Shown here: piece after piece, positions 60,462 to 64,000 of the stretch
Layout of the letters: each line of letters opens with the position of its first letter
Numbering within the stretch: the first letter of the stretch is position 1
Assembly (NCBI GenBank): GCA_963749495.1
Contig: CAVVMW010000004.1
Coordinates: 352,001 to 416,000, forward strand
Length of the DNA stretch: 64,000 nt
Reading direction: 5' to 3'
DNA from: an uncultured bacterium
Lineage (GTDB): Bacteria; Verrucomicrobiota; Verrucomicrobiia; Limisphaerales; UBA8199
Notes under the pieces: model-generated
The model's database searches: none
Told to the model about the DNA's origin: nothing
The model's input: only the letters and a program-made list of their open reading frames with translations
Translations under genes and position numbers: made by a program

Positions 60462-60676
60462 AGAAAAACAACAATTACGAAATGATTCTCTGGTGGAGCG
60501 GAGAGGACAGCGCTTTCATCGTGGACGTGCCAGAGCTGCCCGGTTGCATGGCCCACGGGAAAACGCGCGCTGAGGCCATCAAGAACGCGGAGGACGCCAT
60601 CATTTTTTGGATCAAGACTGCCAAAGAGGATGGCCAGAGCGTTCCCGAACCCAAAGGGCGTCTCCTCTACGCCTGA
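60458..60676 (+). CDS. hicB: HicB antitoxin (short form)
   Basis: YEMILWWS.ED.AFIVDVPELPGCMAHGKT..EA. Confidence 0.9.
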   Translation: MKKNNNYEMILWWSGEDSAFIVDVPELPGCMAHGKTRAEAIKNAEDAIIFWIKTAKEDGQSVPEPKGRLLYA

Positions 60677-60809
60677 AGGGGCCGAAGCGGTGCCGCTAGC
60701 CGCCCGCAACATGACCGCGGTTCTCAAAATCAATCCGCACGTCAAAACCGAAGCGCAGGCCAAGCTGGCGGTTGCGGCCCTGCGCAAGACAATGGCGCAC
60801 GCAGACAGG

Positions 60810-60949
60810 CTCACGGCGGCGCGGCCTACGAGGTCGAGTTCATCACGCTCACGGGCAAGACCCTGGCGGTGGCGACGGTCTTGCCTTCGCAACTGCGGGC
60901 GGTCACCGCGCGCGACGTCAGCCACGTCCGCCAACTGGCAGCGGCCTAG
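60810..60949 (+). pseudogene. DUF4926-like C-terminal fragment
   Basis: GGAAYEVEFITLTGKTLAVATV.PSQLR.V...DVSHVR*. Confidence 0.6.
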
Positions 60950-61026
60950 CCACCCGCTTCCTATTTTGTCCCGCAGCCGCTCCCATCCGGCGGCACTGTT
61001 CCTTGCGGCCTGAACTGTCGGCAAGG

Positions 61027-61250
61027 TCACTGCACCAGCACCACGCGATAAAAACGATGCCCCGGTGACACAATAGGATCCGAGGCAGTCATGGTCGTGT
61101 TGGTGGCCAGGGCGGCGGCATTCAAGCTAATCCAGCCGGTCCCCCCCAAATCGGTCGTGTATTGCACCAGATACTTCTGCCCGACAACCGCGCTCCAGGC
61201 AAGCGTGAGCCGGCCTGCGACTATCGTCGCGGTTTGGAGGACCGGGCGTC
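61027..61250 (-). pseudogene. Orphan ...FYR C-terminal domain fragment
   Basis: LTLAWSAVVGQKYLVQYTTDL...W...ASDP......RFYRVV with no upstream body. Confidence 0.65.
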
Positions 61251-61317
61251 GCGGCTGACTAGCAATCCAGATACGCCCTGGCACGGACCCGATCGGTGCC
61301 GCCGCCTCAGGCCGCCT

Positions 61318-61405
61318 CTTCGTTTCCTTCGTTTCCTTCTGTTCTGTTCCTGTGCCCAGCCGGCGGGAAGAAGGAAAAGAACAGAAGGAAACGAAGGAAA
61401 CGAAG
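61318..61405. repeat. Perfect 27-bp inverted repeat built from 9-mers (CTTCGTTTC)
   Basis: CTTCGTTTCCTTCGTTTCCTTCTGTTC / GAACAGAAGGAAACGAAGGAAACGAAG. Confidence 0.88.
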
Positions 61406-61478
61406 GATCGAAGGCCCAGATCGAGCTCTGAGAGCTGCGACCTGGAGCTCCAATAAGAATTCTGTCTTACACCGCCGC

Positions 61479-64000
61479 TCACCACCCGAAGAAGCGGTAG
61501 GGGTCATCCCACTCCGTGGGCCGGGTAAGGTAGAGGCCGTCGAGCCAGCGGCCGGTTGTTGGGTCCTGGATTGGCTCGAGGCGCACATCGGCGAGCCAGA
61601 GTTTGCCGGTCCCTGTAAACCAGATCTGGAACTTGGCGCCCTTGGCCGCCGTGTCCTTGGCTTGGAGAACGACCGAATTCGTCTGCCATTGCGCCTTGGG
61701 CGCGAAGTTCTGGTAGTCGAAGAGCGCCTGCCAGTTGGCAGTGTTCTGCACGGTCCAGGAGATGTTCCTCGAGGTCAGACCCTCGGCTCGAGTTCGCAGG
61801 GACAATCGATACCACTGGGCGCCGGTGATGGGCAGATCGTGCTGGGCGATCATGACTTCCGGCGGCTTGGCGCCGGGGGCGACGGGCGGGACCTCGATGC
61901 GCTGGGCCCAGCCGCCTCCCGGGCCGTCCAGCGGCTCGCGCGCGCAGACGGCGCCTTTGACACTCGAGCCGAATTCCCATCCGTCGGCCACACCGTCGCC
62001 GCCGGCCTGGGCGCTGAAATCCCCATTCTTGACGAGCGACGCGCCCGTGGAGGCGCCCACCGGCTCGCCGAACCGCTCCAGGAGCGGCGTCGCCCCGGAC
62101 ACGCCCAGGTTGCCCAGCAACCGGCTCACCGCGAAGGAGGTCCGCCCGAAGGTGCGGCGCAAGTTGAATTGCTCCGGCCCGTGGGTGAAGAACCACGATG
62201 CCAGGCCAGCCTCGAAGTTGGCGTTCTTGAACAGGTTGCGGCCCGGTGAGGCGGTCGCGGCGGAGGCGGAGTCACCGCTCGGGACGTAAGCGCCCTCGTA
62301 GAGCCGCACTTGGGAGACCTCAAACCTAGTGCCTTCACCAGAGCCGTTCAGGTAGGCCTGCCAGCCTTCGGGATAGGCCCTGTCCACCGTGAACGTCATT
62401 TCCAGCTCCGTCCAATCGCCCGGCCTGACGGTGATGTCGGGTCCGCGCGCCACCCGATCCCAGGGGTCGCCCGCGCGCTCGACCTCCAGGCGCACCATGG
62501 CGGGCCCGCCGATGGGCTTGACGCGGGCGGCGAAGGTGTAAGTCTTGCCGGGGGCGCCCGCCGGCAGCTTCTGCCCGAATTGGGCATAGGCCAGGCTGCC
62601 CATCCGGACCAAGGCGCTCTTGCTGGGCTGGCCGGCGCCGTCCTGGGCTACCTCGACGGAGCTGAGCGCCCCCATCGCCTTGCTCACCTGGAATGGCGGG
62701 AGTTGGCAGAAGACCACGTTGCCCGTGGAGGCCAACACCCCGTCGCCACAAACCGTCGCGCCTGCCCTCACCAAGGGCAGCGTGCGCGGGTCGCGGTTGT
62801 GAACATCTGCCGGCGCGACCCCGGCCAGCAGCGACTGGGCGCCCAACGGGGGGAACCAGGCGGCGATATGCTCCGCGGGCTGCATTGTCACCTTTGTTGG
62901 CAGGAACGAGTTGGCCTCCGCCTGGTCCAAGCCGAGGGCCAGAACGCGGCCTCCCGCCTTGACCCACGCAGCGGTGGCCGGGGCCTGCAGCGAACGGCCC
63001 CCGCCCGGTCCTACCACCAGGACCTGATCCGCCGCGGGCGGGTCACCGTTGACTGCCCCCGCCTGGACGCCGCAGGCCGCCAGCCAGGCCAGGCCGGCGG
63101 GGTCGCCGGCATACACCGCAGTGCGCCGGGGACTCGGGCGCCAGCCATCCACATACCGGAGGATGTTGGCTGCCAACGTTTCGGCCGCAGGGTCGCTCTC
63201 GGTGCGCCCGCTCACATCCATCTGGCAGAAGAGGACCAGTCCGCGGCCTTCCCGGTATTCGAGCAGCGGGCTGTACTGGAGGGCGTAGCCGCCGTCGAGG
63301 ATGGGCAGGAAGTCGCCGCGGGGCGGCTTCTCGATGAGCACTGAGGCCACGTTGCCCCAGTTGCCGCAGCGCCACAGCCGGGTGACCTCCAGCCCGCACC
63401 AGCGCACGGCGGGCGCGCCGTTGTAGCGCGGACTCAAGGTATAGGCCATCGTGGGCGGCAGCAGGGTGGAAGCGCCGCGCCAGTCGTGAAGATCCTCCGT
63501 CTTGAGGCCGGCCAGCAGCGGGCTGTCCGGCACGCGCGGCCAGACCTGGCGCAGGCCGTATTCTTCCACCCTGAAGCCGAGGCGGCGCTCGAGGACCTGG
63601 GCCGTCTGCTCGAACACGACCACCTTCAGTCCATCGGGCACCCGCTTGAGCGAGGGCGCAGCGCCATCCACCGTCAGGGCGCCCTTGCCGATGAGCAGCA
63701 CGTCGAAGCCGGAGAGATCCGTGGCGGCATTAACCGGCTGGCAGGCGACACCCAGCCCGGCCAGCCATTTGGCCGTCTGGCCGGGCGGGTCGAACAGGGC
63801 GATCTTCGAGAGCGGCCTGGGCGGCGCGCAACGCGGGATGACCTGCAGTGCAAACGAGTCTTCCTGGCCCTCGCCGGCGCTGGACTTGAAGCGGGCGGTG
63901 ATCCGGTAATTGCCCGGCGCCAGGCCGGCAGGCAGCTCGAGTTCGCACCGGCACGCGGGCCTGGTCGCCGGTCGGTATGACCAACTGCCTGACGCCCCCG
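61479..64000 (-). CDS. Large carbohydrate-active/binding protein, C-terminal part (runs off the window end)
   Basis: Long open frame; NLFKNANFEAG and LVKNGDFS CBM-like modules; ends DDPYRFFGW. Confidence 0.7.
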   Translation of the reverse strand, partial: GASGSWSYRPATRPACRCELELPAGLAPGNYRITARFKSSAGEGQEDSFALQVIPRCAPPRPLSKIALFDPPGQTAKWLAGLGVACQPVNAATDLSGFDVLLIGKGALTVDGAAPSLKRVPDGLKVVVFEQTAQVLERRLGFRVEEYGLRQVWPRVPDSPLLAGLKTEDLHDWRGASTLLPPTMAYTLSPRYNGAPAVRWCGLEVTRLWRCGNWGNVASVLIEKPPRGDFLPILDGGYALQYSPLLEYREGRGLVLFCQMDVSGRTESDPAAETLAANILRYVDGWRPSPRRTAVYAGDPAGLAWLAACGVQAGAVNGDPPAADQVLVVGPGGGRSLQAPATAAWVKAGGRVLALGLDQAEANSFLPTKVTMQPAEHIAAWFPPLGAQSLLAGVAPADVHNRDPRTLPLVRAGATVCGDGVLASTGNVVFCQLPPFQVSKAMGALSSVEVAQDGAGQPSKSALVRMGSLAYAQFGQKLPAGAPGKTYTFAARVKPIGGPAMVRLEVERAGDPWDRVARGPDITVRPGDWTELEMTFTVDRAYPEGWQAYLNGSGEGTRFEVSQVRLYEGAYVPSGDSASAATASPGRNLFKNANFEAGLASWFFTHGPEQFNLRRTFGRTSFAVSRLLGNLGVSGATPLLERFGEPVGASTGASLVKNGDFSAQAGGDGVADGWEFGSSVKGAVCAREPLDGPGGGWAQRIEVPPVAPGAKPPEVMIAQHDLPITGAQWYRLSLRTRAEGLTSRNISWTVQNTANWQALFDYQNFAPKAQWQTNSVVLQAKDTAAKGAKFQIWFTGTGKLWLADVRLEPIQDPTTGRWLDGLYLTRPTEWDDPYRFFGW

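Overview
GC-rich bacterial chromosomal segment. Gene style suggests Verrucomicrobiota (Pedosphaerales/Limisphaerales-like); this is inferred from the prepilin H-X9-DG protein, the '...FYRL' C-terminal domains and the REP types. Core and metabolic genes (pyrG, kdsB, ECF sigma/anti-sigma, Ycf46-like AAA ATPase, two cyclophilins, NUDIX, HAD, a liv-type ABC operon, MFS, secreted glycan-active proteins) alternate with accessory pockets. (1) 4.6-8.2 kb: an IS1 remnant, a small-protein/aspartyl-protease pair, and an intact IS66 with perfect ends and an 8-bp TSD that carries a DUF4338 (Mom-like GNAT?) passenger. All of this lies between the two arms of one REP doublet. (2) 21.9-27.2 kb: tandem GH27-like/Ig/RCC1 genes with near-identical C-halves and divergent, non-canonical catalytic halves. 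(3) 34.5-45.5 kb: an IS graveyard with an ISNCY element nested in an IS1380, a third DDE element, a RAYT pseudogene, and stuttered GGGGTCA inverted ends bracketing a 2.2-kb cargo. (4) Many toxin-antitoxin modules, several of them decayed. Five or more REP families and 7/9/12-mer inverted micro-tandem hairpins are present. About nine single-base frameshifts in otherwise intact genes most likely reflect long-read consensus error. No rRNA, tRNA or CRISPR array was seen.
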